Source: Phallusia mammillata
Taxonomy: Eukaryota
NCBI GenBank assembly: GCA_965637545.1
Contig: OZ281500.1
Coordinates: 12,586,001-12,650,000 of the forward strand
Reading direction: 5' to 3'
DNA length: 64,000 nucleotides
How positions within the stretch are numbered: position 1 is the stretch's first letter; every line of letters starts with the position of its first letter. This document shows, in pieces, positions 11,501-22,726 of the stretch. Both the position numbers and the translations under genes were made by a program. The notes below the pieces were generated by a model. The model worked only from the letters and a program-made list of their open reading frames with translations. It was not told the origin of the DNA and ran no database searches.

Positions 11501-12903
11501 TACCAGTTTTCCTTACAGTCTGCGCGACTCGGCGGCGCCAGAGCTTTTGCGACTCGTACGGGAGCCTATTTGCAAGAGCCACTAAACGGTCAACTGTGTT
11601 AAGATCAGCAAAATTCCCTAGCTGGCGAAGTACCAGCAGACATTTCCTCATAGTCTGCGCATAAGTGCGCATAAGTGCGCATACCAGTAGCATCGTCCGG
11701 TTTTAAGTTCGGACCCTTAGTTAACTCTTCAACAAAAGCTCTAGCAACTATGTAGGGCTTACCGAAGTTCTCATAAAGAATGCTTCTTGCCTTGGTATAA
11801 CCTTCTTCCGTATCTAGAACAGAGCAATGTGCAATTAAAGACCTCGCTTTTCCTTTGCACTGGTTTATAAGCAGTGTTAGTCGCATAGCATCGCTTCGTG
11901 TTTTGCATTAGAGATTGGATTCAAAGTAGCGTACGAACATCCAATAATCTGTAGGATTGCCCGAGAACGTCATGTGATCGGGCTTCGGCATACTCATGCC
12001 CTCTCCAACTGCCTTCACTATGCATGGAAGCACAGCTGGGTTTTCTTCGTTCACTTTAACAACTGATTGAGCTTTCGTCACAGGTACACGTACATTGGGA
12101 CGCATGCTTTCCTGTGGTTCTTCTCTATCTCGGATAGGAAACGTACAGTTCCGAGTAGCAGAGGATGTCATTTGACCGTCATTGGAGGCTACATCGGGGA
12201 AAACCGATACTACATCTGGAATCTGTTCCTCGTCGGACCTCTTGTCCATTTGTGATAATCGTTCGTCGTCTTCATTTAGGATTCTAGCTCTTGCGTCGGC
12301 AGCTTGAAACTCGTATTTTGCCTGTAACTTTCGCTTTTCGTTTGCGAGATCGTTTTCTTCATCGACTTGTTTGAGGCGAAGTAATGCAAGTTCCCGCTCT
12401 ACCTTTGCCTCTCGGCGACTTCTCGCGGAAGCGGATGTGCTCGCGCTAGATGTACGTGAGCGGCCAGACCGTGATGTCCTACTAGAGACAACAGTAGGGG
12501 CCCTGAACTGCGGACTTAGCACAAGTTCTGGCAGTGAGTCAGGCATTTTGGAAGGCGGTAGCTCTGATACTCTATTTTCGAATTCAAGTTTGCTGTGTTC
12601 AAGAGATTTTAAATCTTCTTTGGAAGCAGCAAGTTTCTCTGGGTCGTTACATGAATTAATAAATGCATCGTACATACTGTGAAGTATCGTGTAGTTTTCG
12701 TCAATTTGTTTTTGAGCCACTCGCAATGTGGAGTGCTCTTTATTTAGAATGCCAGTTTCAGCCACAACATACCAGCTATTCAATTTATCTGCACATCGGC
12801 GTAGATCGTCGTAGGTTGGGACCGGTTGTGCAGCAAATGGTCTCAAACGTGTAGGCACCGGCGATTCCATCGGAGATAGTGTTTTTTTCAAATCTTCAGC
12901 CAT
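8517..12903 (-). pseudogene. BEL2 gag-PR-RT-RNaseH with integrase core deleted
   Basis: Gag from 12903; in-frame stop at 11908; 10-bp tandem duplication at 11656-11683; deletion of the first zinc knuckle near 11380; small frameshifting deletion near 10140. RT (FYVDDCL) and RNase H (HHFSDAS, IPRLELAAA, FWTDS, NPADDASRG) are present, then a jump YSSLHNLK to IGRILHAFPD skips integrase. Confidence 0.92.
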
Positions 12904-13019
12904 CGTGGCGAAAGTCGCTTTATAGATAACTCTGGAATCCTTGTATATAGTAGCCTCTGGAAACTTTATTTCCAGGTAACTCTGAAAACTTTATTTTCAG
13001 CAAACTCTGAAAACTTTAA

Positions 13020-13709
13020 TGTAACGTCAGGAATTTGCGCGCCTGGTACCGCGCTGGCGTCACACTAGAGAAGTCCAATTTCTGGAAACGCGTGAATTTA
13101 TTTTACACTTCGACGCGGTTCAATAGGACACGGTAATCACGTCACGTTCACCGTAGACACGACACGACACGATAGACACGTTCAAGATAATCACGGTTTT
13201 CTGCAAAGAGAACATTCACTCAAAAATGCGAAACAGAAATTAAATTTATACCGGCAGAAATAAAGCTTACCAGAGTTTTGGACCAGGGTATCAAAGATAA
13301 ACACAGTTTGATATCACCAGAAAGTGTTCTACACAGATAAAAAACGTAGACTTTTAATATACGGTTAATTGCGATAAGACAACTTTAATGCAAATCAAGC
13401 TTACCTTGCAAAGGCAACATTAATCCTTTTCGTCAGAGTTTTTAAGTTTATAAAGCATTACCATCTATTAATGACAAACAAATTATAATTAGTCACTTTC
13501 ATTACTTTATCTAACGTTTGCAAATTAAAGTCAGCAACTAACAAACTACACGTGGTCCAAACTAAACTCGATACTAAATGGCCAAAAGCACAGCATAGAG
13601 AAATAAACTACAATGATATTGTTACGTCATAGGGGATTCTGGCATTGTGGTGCAATCACACCATATAAGATGTGACGTAGGTTACGGTTGAGTGATTTAC
13701 GATGTTACA
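13020..13709 (-). repeat. 5' LTR of BEL2 (690 bp)
   Basis: Near-identical to 4468-5142; contains AATAAA on the sense strand; followed by the gag leader. Confidence 0.97.
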
Positions 13710-14214
13710 CTGCTACTGTTTTTACCAGTCAAGAATTACAAATAGTTTTTGTTGACTTATTTTGCAGTGTTTAAATAGACCTGTGTATTGGTGTATATGG
13801 CTTCATTGCATTAGACTAGGCTGAACAGTTTTTTAACGATATTCTTTTTTTTCCTGTTTCCTAAAAATTAACACAATGTTTTGTTGTGAGTCCCTTTCCT
13901 TAATAGCGACCACCAGAAAAAATACTTGCCCAGTTGTTGCATCGTTAAGTGTTTCAAAGCACTGTGTAACTTTTGGTTGGATTTACACATTTTCATTTTC
14001 ATCCTTTAACCCAAAAATATTCATTTATAGGTAATTTAGGTCAGTAAAATAACTTCTAATCCGCTGATTTTATAAATTTTATACAGTTGTTGATGTGATG
14101 ATCTTTGTTTAAGATTTTAGCTATGGCTTAGTAATTATGGGTCCCCTTCCCTGAAGTGGACACATATTGATTTTACTCGAATTGTTTTCTTTTTTTTTAC
14201 TTTCATTTTTCTTC

Positions 14215-15515
14215 TCCCCAAAGTTTGTCCGACTCGTTTTTCCATCAAATCCTTGATGGATTTGGATGAAACTTACACAGATGGTAGATGTAGTTATGTA
14301 GATGTGCATCCCACTTTGTTTTTGTTGATAACCCCAGTATTTACCCCGCTAGACCTCTAAAATAGGTATTTTTTCCCCGAAGTTTGTCCGACTCGTTTTT
14401 CCATCAAATGTTTGATGGATTTGGGTGAAATTTAAACAGATGGTAGATGTAGTTATGTAGATGTGCATCCCTCTTTGTTTTTGTTGATAACCCCAGCAAG
14501 GGCGTCCGCACATAGGGGCAAATGGGGTCAGCTGACCCCCCCTGGAAAATTTTTGGATGAAAAATGAAAAAGCGAGAACATGCAAAAATAGGCAATTTTC
14601 TGAAAGAGGGAGGAGTAAAGGTGATACGAGTGATGGCTGGCTGGTCAAGCTCTCCGATTGTGATCATCACCCTTTTCGGGAGTATCCCACCCTCTATTAA
14701 TTTACGAAGATACCTACAAGCTACCCGTAATCGCAAAATTTGACAACTTGAGCTCCTGTACCCTCAGAACCACATTACTAGTGTGGGCACTGGCTTTATC
14801 TCACATAAATCTGAAGAAGGATAATTCACAGTTTCAGATAAAATCTATAAAATCATTATCCAATAACCTATCAACGCGACGTTCCGGATATTTCACTTTG
14901 TTGATGAACTCGTTAGCGTCCTCCTGAGCATGACAATGCCAAGCACTACTAACATGGTTTCGAGCAGAGTTATGGAAATTTATACTTTATACATGGAGCA
15001 CTGGTGAATGCGCCAGTTGTGTCACGATGAATAGGCTGCCGAAAGAGCACACACAATTTGCACATGCGCCCTCTTAGGAGAGGAGAATACGCTGGCCACC
15101 GAAAGGGCAGAGTGAACCCTCCTTGACCCTCACTAACCGAAAACCTGCGGACGCCCTTGAACCCCAGTATTTACCCCGCTAGCCCCCTAAAATGGGTATT
15201 TTCCCCCGAAGTTTGTCCGACTCGTTTTTCTATCGAATGTTTGATGGATTTGGCTGAAATTTACGCAGGTGGTTGATGTAGTTATGTAGATGTGCATGCC
15301 ACTTTGTTTTTGTTGATAACCCCAGTATTTACCCCGCTAGCCCCCTAAAATGGTTTTTCCCCCCAAAGTTTGTCTGACTTGTTTTGCCATCAAATGATTG
15401 ATGGATGTGGCTGAAACTTATACAGATGGTAGATATAGTTATGTAGATGTGCATCCCAATTTGTTTGTCCGGATAACCTTAGTATTTACTCCGCTAGCCC
15501 CCTAAAAGGGGTGAG
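14215..15515. repeat. ~158-bp minisatellite, about 4 units, interrupted by a MITE
   Basis: Unit starts (CCCC(A/G)AAGTTTGTC) recur near 14216, 14375, 15204 and 15361. Confidence 0.9.
14497..15159. mobile_element. hAT-type MITE/deletion derivative
   Basis: Perfect TIR CAAGGGCGTCCGCA; TSD AACCCCAG (14489-14496, 15160-15167). Confidence 0.93.
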
Positions 15516-15571
15516 TTTGTAAACAATGTCAGAATTGGCTAAAATTTGGATAGCTTGTAAAGTATGCCAAG

Positions 15572-16023
15572 TAGTGATGGGACGATACCAGGTTTTGAAG
15601 CGAATACCGATACCGAGCACGAGTACCACATGTATATACCTTCGATACCGATTACCGAGTACGATTACCGAGTACTTAGTTGTAGTGTTGTACTTAGTTG
15701 TATATCACTGGCTAATTTATCTGCCATGGTCGGGGTACAGGCGTGCACACACACATGCCGAAAAATGTAATCTCCACGTGATAGCGAAAAAGATAATTAT
15801 ACGTAAACTGGCGGAACTTTTTTCCAATTTTGTGCTGTCCGAAGCAAATATTGGCATAAAGTTCCCCGTATTCCTATGGTGTAAATCGGCCTTTGGTACT
15901 CGCACGTTGGTATCGAAAGCTGAGGCAAAATATTTCGATACCGAGTACGAGTATCGATACCACTGAAATCGTTCGATACCATCGATACCGAGTACCGAGT
16001 ACCGGGTACCCGTCCCATCACTA
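15572..16023. mobile_element. hAT-type MITE (TAGTGATGGGACG family), copy 1
   Basis: TIR TAGTGATGGGACG, subterminal GTACCGA/ATACCGA repeats, imperfect TSD (TGCCAAG). Homologous to 54830-55214 in opposite orientation. Confidence 0.9.
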
Positions 16024-17593
16024 AATTGCCAAGTATAGGTGTCGATTGTTCTGTTCAACCCTGTAGCCCTAACATTTACCCCCACAAGCCCCCAAGTGTA
16101 AAACGTATTTGTATGTTACTGGGCAACACAAACAAAAGATTTCTGTGACACAATAGTCTTACAAGGGCAACCAGTTGTATGTTACTCGTTTGTGACTTTG
16201 TGGGTTGCTTGGTGGACATTATTGCGCCATGGCAGTTCGGGGGTTGTTAACAGCCCTTTGACGTCAGAAACATTAACGGTTGTTGCTCAAAACACCTCTA
16301 GTGGTTGAAATTTTAAACATTGGCAGATTGGACTGAAATTTTGCAGTACTATTGATTGAGTCATTGTGGTTTCCTACTTTTAAGTTTGTGTGTGTTGAAC
16401 CTCCATTAGTTATCCTACTAGCTCCCTAAAATGACTTTTTTAATTTAAATAGTTTGTACTCCATATAGCATATTAAATATGCACAGTACCAATCACTGTG
16501 TTTGTCTTCACAATACCAAACTTACTCATTGTTATCTATTGAAATGCATTATCTACAACTTTGCATGTGTGGGGACCCATGAGTTTTTGCTTGCAGAAAC
16601 CACTAAGGTTATAAAAGACAGTGGATGATGTGGGACCCAGTATAAAATATGTAAAGGAAGTATATTAATCTTTTAAAATAGGGTATAGTGTATAGGCAAG
16701 GACAATATGTGCTAAGCCACCCTTCTAGTTATCTTTCTCTTCCCAAAAATGTGTTAAAGCGCCGTTATGCCTTTTCTAGGCAATCTATTTCCACGGGAGC
16801 GATGAAAATGAGGGTTGGTTTGCGATCGAGAATCGCCACATGGGTTTGTAAATTTAAATTATTGTAAAAGGTCGAAAAAATCCTGCACCACAAGTAAATA
16901 TTTTTCAGGTTTAGGTATCAGAAAAATATACATCACAAGTTATCTCAAAACTACTACAAAAGGGCAGTCCAATAGTCACGAAATCACAGCAATTTATAAT
17001 ATACTACCCGCCAACGAAACAACAGTAATATTTCCTTGGCGCTTCGGCACATGTTGCAGTTACTCCAGTGAGTAACAAATACGAACGTACCACGAGGTAA
17101 CTTACAAACTGGTTGCAATAAGCACAGCAAATGTCACCAATGGAAGACTTGTTGTCTTATAGATAATTGCTGTTACGTTACATTTGTCAGGCCTATATGT
17201 CCTGACCAATTAAAATTCACATAGTCTTGTGCTCTTGTCACCAGCTGCAATGATAAGACCAGGTAGTCCAACCGCTTACCACCATGGGTTCAGGTTCAGG
17301 TTCGGTTCGAGTTCACTGTTTATTGTTTTTTCAGGTTCGGTTTATAAAAAATATGTATTTTCTGGTTTGGGTTTTGTTCCGGTAAACTGCCCAGTTTAAA
17401 CCGGTTTAAATTATCTTTCGTTATCTTTTTGTAATTATCTATTCTACTCATTACCTACACAGCTTCCAAAATAATTTTGACTGTGCATTACGCAACACCT
17501 TATAACTTTTATTATAGACAGGCCCTATAGCTTAGGGTTGCCATATTTGATGATACACAATCCCTGACAAAATTTATCTCAGTTGCGTTAACC

Positions 17594-18326
17594 CAGTAGT
17601 TCTCAAACTTTTTCGATATTTTCTCCAAACGGTCTCTTTGCCATTATTTCGAGGGCTTGTGGTCCTTAAGCCTGAATGTGTTTTTTAGAAAAAGGAAAAT
17701 TGATTGCAGGATTTTAGCTAGTTATGTAAAATTCTGCGTAACAATGATCGAAATCTGACTTTACAGACAAGACAAAAACATTACCATTGTGAGCGAACAA
17801 TTGCATTTTTGTTAGTTGGCATGCAATAAAGGAGACGGTCGATTCTCAATTTCACTTTGATTTAAACCAGGGGTGTCCAACTCGAACACACCGCCGTACC
17901 AAATTTTGTTTTAGAATATACTCGCGTGCCACTGTTTGGTACTTTTTCCATACCATTTCTTAAACGTCCTAACGTGACGGGCTCAATTTATGATACTCCA
18001 AAAACCTTTTATTATGTTTATGCGACACAAGATACAAATAGTTTGCCACGGGGGTTTTGTCAAAAAACGAACAATTTAATTAGTGGGTTGTGTAACTTTA
18101 CTGATTTTTTCTGAAGTGAGAATATAATCATCTGAATTTGCAAAAGCTTGTGTGCCATTTTCAAATCCCCTGCGTGCCACGTGTTGGACACCCCTGATTT
18201 AAACTTATTTAGTTGCACAAACTGACGCTAAATTAGAACATATAATTACTTCCAGCTTTTTGCGGTCCCCGCAAAATTGCCTCACGGAGCCCTAAAGGAC
18301 CACGGACCCCAGTTTGAGAACCGTTG
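17594..18326. mobile_element. Charlie-type MITE (nested, level 2)
   Basis: Imperfect TIR CA(GTA/ACG)GTTCTCAAACT; TSD (C/G)GTTAACC. Confidence 0.8.
17868..18196. mobile_element. Charlie-type MITE (nested, level 3)
   Basis: TIR CAGGGGTGTCCAAC; perfect TSD ATTTAAAC. Confidence 0.92.
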
Positions 18327-19941
18327 GGTTAACCTTTTTTGCGATCCAATTGCTTCTATTGCGGAATAAATTTAGAATATTCAGAAGTAACACGGACAGC
18401 GACACGAGAAAACATTAGATACGATACTCTGATCCTTGTTAATTAACTTTCTGTGTAGGCTTCTGTTAAGTTTATTATAGGCTTAGCTTACTACTCTCAC
18501 TATCCTTGAAACAATAAGCACATATATCACGGGTCGCCAACCTTTGTCACTCTAAAAACTATTTGGACCAATTTCAAATTGTCACAGAAAAAAACAACAC
18601 TGGGAGCCGCCCTTTTAAAGACCTTTTTTTGAATTTGAAAATAAAATGCCACTGTAAAAACGTTTTTATATCTCACGACATCCGACTTTTTGTTGTTGGT
18701 TAATTCCTTCCATATTAGGTACACAGTTAAAGCAAATGAAACTTCCCACGTGCCCACGTAGTATCGAACGCTGTGTTTTCTTGAGAGAGACGCGGATTTT
18801 TATTTCTGTATTTAACGCGTATTGTTAGACAACTAGTAACAAACAGGTATTGTTACGCGCGCACACACACTGCAAAACGAAACAGTAACCTTGTGCTTTA
18901 ACCTGCCCGCCGCCAGTTTACCTCTTTACGTTTCATGGTATAGACGCGGTTGTAGGTAACTACTAGAAATTGTCTCCGTTGGTACATCAGTTTCATAGTA
19001 TATCTATATTTTTTCCTAAATTCCTGACTTTTAAGTACATTTTAACATTTCTTCCTGACGCAGATTCAAACACTAAATTCCCTGACATGTCAGGGAAAAT
19101 CCTGACGTATGGCAACCCTACTATAGCTGTTATCTCGCGTATTTTTCACTACGTTGTTCCGTAATCAATGATTGTTGTGGTACCGATCACAAAAAGTAAT
19201 ACAGGGTGCATTTTTGCTGGTTCGAGTTCAAAAGCCAAAAATATGGGATTCAGCTTCGGCTCGGTATATAGCTATCAAAATAAGGGCAAATCTAAAAGTA
19301 AGGATAATTTGGCAACATTGGTGATGCTGAGACTGCTTTGTGGTATAGCACGTGCCCCCCCCCCTGCGTTTTTTCACCAAACCGTAAAACAACAAATGAT
19401 AGTTACACAATACAGTAACAAAATTTTCAAGGGTTTGAAAGCACTAAATTAAACCACGTCCACGTATGTATTCTGCCTTCTTAACGTGCACATTTTATTG
19501 CATATTTTGCAAAAAAAATTGCCACAACCCATATTGTCAGTTTGAACGGAATGACGATAAATACGTATTTCCGTTAAATTTTAGAAATAACACAACGTCA
19601 ATTCTTGTTGTTTTCTGTATAAATACTTTTTGAAATGTTTCAGCATTCGAAAAGCATTTCAAAATTTCTGTTCTGATCGGTTTGCGGGGTTCTAAACTTT
19701 CGAGTTTAGGTGTAAATTTTGGGCTTGCTCGCAGCTCTGCATGGTGGGACAGTGGGACTAATTGCTGCGCTAATTGCATTGTCCTGAAGACTGCAATGCT
19801 ATAGGAGCGCAACATTCGAAACTTTAAATTGTTTTCTTCAAACAAGTCCAGCATGTCAGTCGATGTATTTCATACTCTACATTTGATTTTTATTTGTACC
19901 AGAAACAAGCATTTTACACACCAGGTGCGCAAGCGACATAT

Positions 19942-21949
19942 TTACAGAGGATCATAGGAGTCGTTTTTATAGTAAGCAGGTCGGCCATTGTTTTGTTGAT
20001 AGTCCCCATTTGCTAAGCCGCGACGTTCATCTTCACTGGATCCGTTGAGGCAAGCGCAATTTCCATTTTTTCGAACACATCCCACAGTGATCATTAATCC
20101 AACGATAGCCAGTAGTATGACCATAACACCAGCTCTAGTATTTCGTTTCCACCAGCATTCAGGATCTTCAGGAACATGCGGGATAAAATCCATCGGTGGC
20201 TTGCTGTTGGTATTGTTGATGGCTGTTGTTTGATTATTATCGATGTCGGACGAAGTTTTGTTGTCAAGTGAAGGGGGTATTGGCGGTTTTGGTGTAGTTG
20301 TGAAATTTTTGGTAATGTCTTCAATAACCGGATTGTCATTGGTTGTTTTGTTGCTATCTGAACCATTGTTGCCCAATGGCACTGAAGGTTGAAGCAAATC
20401 TTCGGTCACAAATGTTTCATTTCCTCCAGTTCCTGTGTTATCGATTGGTGAAGATACATTTTGCGGTTCGTTTTGCGCTGTACTGGTGGTGTTTTCGAGA
20501 TCACCTACCATACAAAAGTACAAACAGACTGTTTTCTAGTTATGCGTACGTAGGCATATAATAGTTGTTGCAGTTAACTGTATGTTTTATGGCAGAGCTA
20601 CTAACACAGGAACTCACACTATGGGTTTAAAAATTTCCGGTAGGCGGCGCAACGGAGCACAGGCGTATACGATAACAATAAATGCTGAATCAGCAAATTG
20701 CTGCAAATAACTGATTCAGCAATTATTGCCATTGCAAACGCCTGTGTCACGTTGCGCCACCTACCGGAAATTTCCAAACCCATGGTGTGAGTTCCTGTGT
20801 TAGTAACTCTAACATGTTTTATACCACACCACATTGTTTTAAATTAGGTCTTAATTGTTTCAGCTTGTCTATAGTTCCCTTGGAAGTTATTGAAAAAAAT
20901 CCCCTGCAGAACTGTGCGAAAACGATTATGCTTCGTATATATTTGTGCCAAAACAAAATTTTTGCATGTCAGGAAGTACCTTAATTTAGCCTGGACATAA
21001 AACAAACAACAATGCAAAAATTGAATTTTTTTGGCTGGCTTATATACTGTGCAAGAGCGCAGCAACTTGGATTATTATTAAAACCAACATCTTAACAACC
21101 TGTTTGACCAAAACGCTTTATCATCATGGTTCATAAGGTTTCAAGAATCAACTCATTAATTAAGAGTTGGAGGTCTGTAGTACAGGCACAGCGCGGTTTC
21201 CAAACTTTTTCAGATGTTTTTGAAACGGTCCAATCGCTTGTAGCGGAATAGAAGTTAATTTAAACTGAACCTAATCTCACCAAATAAAATTGCAATAGTG
21301 GATAACAAGCATTTGGTGATCATCCCTAAAAACGAGTTAATTATGATGCACCAAACGTGACCAAAGTATCTTTACATTTGCGACGCCATGCGAACGCTAC
21401 GCCTTTGACTTAGGTTAAAGCATTCGAGCTGCTAAGCCAACAATGGTGCTTTACTAAAAGAAGATAAATTTGTTGCATTGTAATAATATCATCCAATTTG
21501 TTTTGCGCCTTGGATATAAACATCGCATTTAGTAATAATGACTTGTCTGTGATGTCACAAACTGCGCCCTAATCATATCTGGGATAGTCCAACATTTGGA
21601 ATTCATAAACCTGATTCCGGCCACTGCTTGCTGCTAGGTTCATTTTGAGATAACGACTACCATTCCATACATAAATAGGCAAGAGCAGACCCTTTGTCAC
21701 ATTCGGTAGCCTATACGCTGTCCGGTATGATTTATCGTCGCCATTTGCTCCAGGTATAAAATTAACACATTAAACTACAAAACGTCGAATTATTATACTC
21801 ATGTAACAAAGTTTACATTAGTTGTGTTACTTGTCATTGGAACTCATATACTGACGTTTAACGTATTGCACCTTACCTTGTTGATTTCCTTGTCCGTGTG
21901 TATTTGAATTGGTCAACAAAACAATAAAAACAATTACAAACGAAACCAT
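19942..21949 (-). CDS. Two-exon mucin-like type I membrane protein (~211 aa), orphan
   Basis: Exon 1 (21877-21949) encodes signal peptide MVSFVIVFIVLLTNSNTHG and ends at a phase-1 GTAAG donor. Exon 2 (19942-20504) starts at a phase-1 acceptor and encodes an S/T/N/P-rich ectodomain, TM AGVMVILLAIVGLMITVGCV and a tail ending YDPL. Confidence 0.8.
20594..20810. repeat. Fold-back (palindromic) MITE-like element in the intron of the mucin-like gene
   Basis: About 60-bp imperfect terminal inverted arms plus an internal inverted pair TGCTGAATCAG/CTGATTCAGCA. Confidence 0.85.
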
Positions 21950-22726
21950 TTCCTGTTTGAGAACTGTTACTTTTACCATCAAACTGTGTACGATGTGCGA
22001 TCAATACCGTAGTTGTGAATATATGACGTTTCTTTCAATGAAGAGAAGTGAAGTGTGCTTAAAGCGTACTTTAAACATATTTTTTTATTTTGACCTAAAG
22101 CATTATCATGTCTCGAACTGAATTGTTATGTTTAATCCCCGCAGTTGCATAAATAATGTTTAGGAAACGTAATTGTATGATATGTGATAACAATAAACCA
22201 CATTTTCATCAAGATGTTAGGCCTATGCGAGATCAGATGCAAAAACGTCTACAAACAGTTCGAAGATGCTAACAAACAGAGTGATCCCAATCACCTTACA
22301 TCGTTGGGACTTATTTATGTGTACTTTGTAATTTTGATAACCTATATGTTTCACGTTATTCTTTTAAACTAGGTGTTTTGCGTCACCCAGTGTCGCCATA
22401 AAATATTGAAAGTTGTTACCCGGGAATCACCCTAATTTTCCCCCAAACTAACGTTTTAATGTGATTCTTACCTGATATAATTTTCTCATTAATTGTCTCC
22501 AAAGATCCACTAATTGTTGCGTTATCGGGATGCATTATCTGAAACATATTTAGTAAGACATCGTCTTCTTCTGGTAGAAGAGCAGTGTCTGAAATAGCAT
22601 GATGTTAGAAAGGAAAAAAATCACGGTCAGCGCAAAAACTATATACAAGGGATATTGAAATCGACCATTTTTATTGCAGTTTTGCCCAACTTTCTCAGCA
22701 GCAGAAAAATTGTGAATTATATTAAA

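Larger units (their letters stand above)
4468..13709 (-). mobile_element. BEL/Pao LTR retrotransposon, family 2, both LTRs present, defective
   Basis: Paired LTRs, 5-bp TSD CTGCT (4463-4467, 13710-13714), PPT, gag-PR-RT-RNaseH on the minus strand. Confidence 0.97.
14137..16600 (+). mobile_element. Putative Helentron-type (HINE/DINE-like) non-autonomous element with internal ~158-bp tandem repeats
   Basis: 10-bp inverted pair ATGGGTCCCC (14137) and GGGGACCCAT (16571), followed by a short hairpin TTTTGCTTGCAGAA; about 4 tandem units between 14215 and 15515. Family assignment is inference. Confidence 0.45.
17533..19120. mobile_element. hAT-type non-autonomous element hosting two nested MITEs
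   Basis: TIR TAGGGTTGCCATA; perfect TSD CTATAGCT (17525-17532, 19121-19128). Confidence 0.92.

Noticed and set aside
11656-11683. Frame changes in BEL gag-pol as programmed frameshifts
   Set aside because: They are explained by a 10-bp tandem duplication and small deletions, with no slippery site or pseudoknot; BEL/Pao elements normally have one ORF.
14121-16085. Minisatellite or GTACCGA repeats as a CRISPR-like array
   Set aside because: Eukaryotic context, no unique spacers, no cas genes; explained by tandem units and MITE subterminal repeats.
18340-18720. hAT transposase remnant inside 17533-19120
   Set aside because: Only a faint motif resemblance; too weak to call without an alignment.
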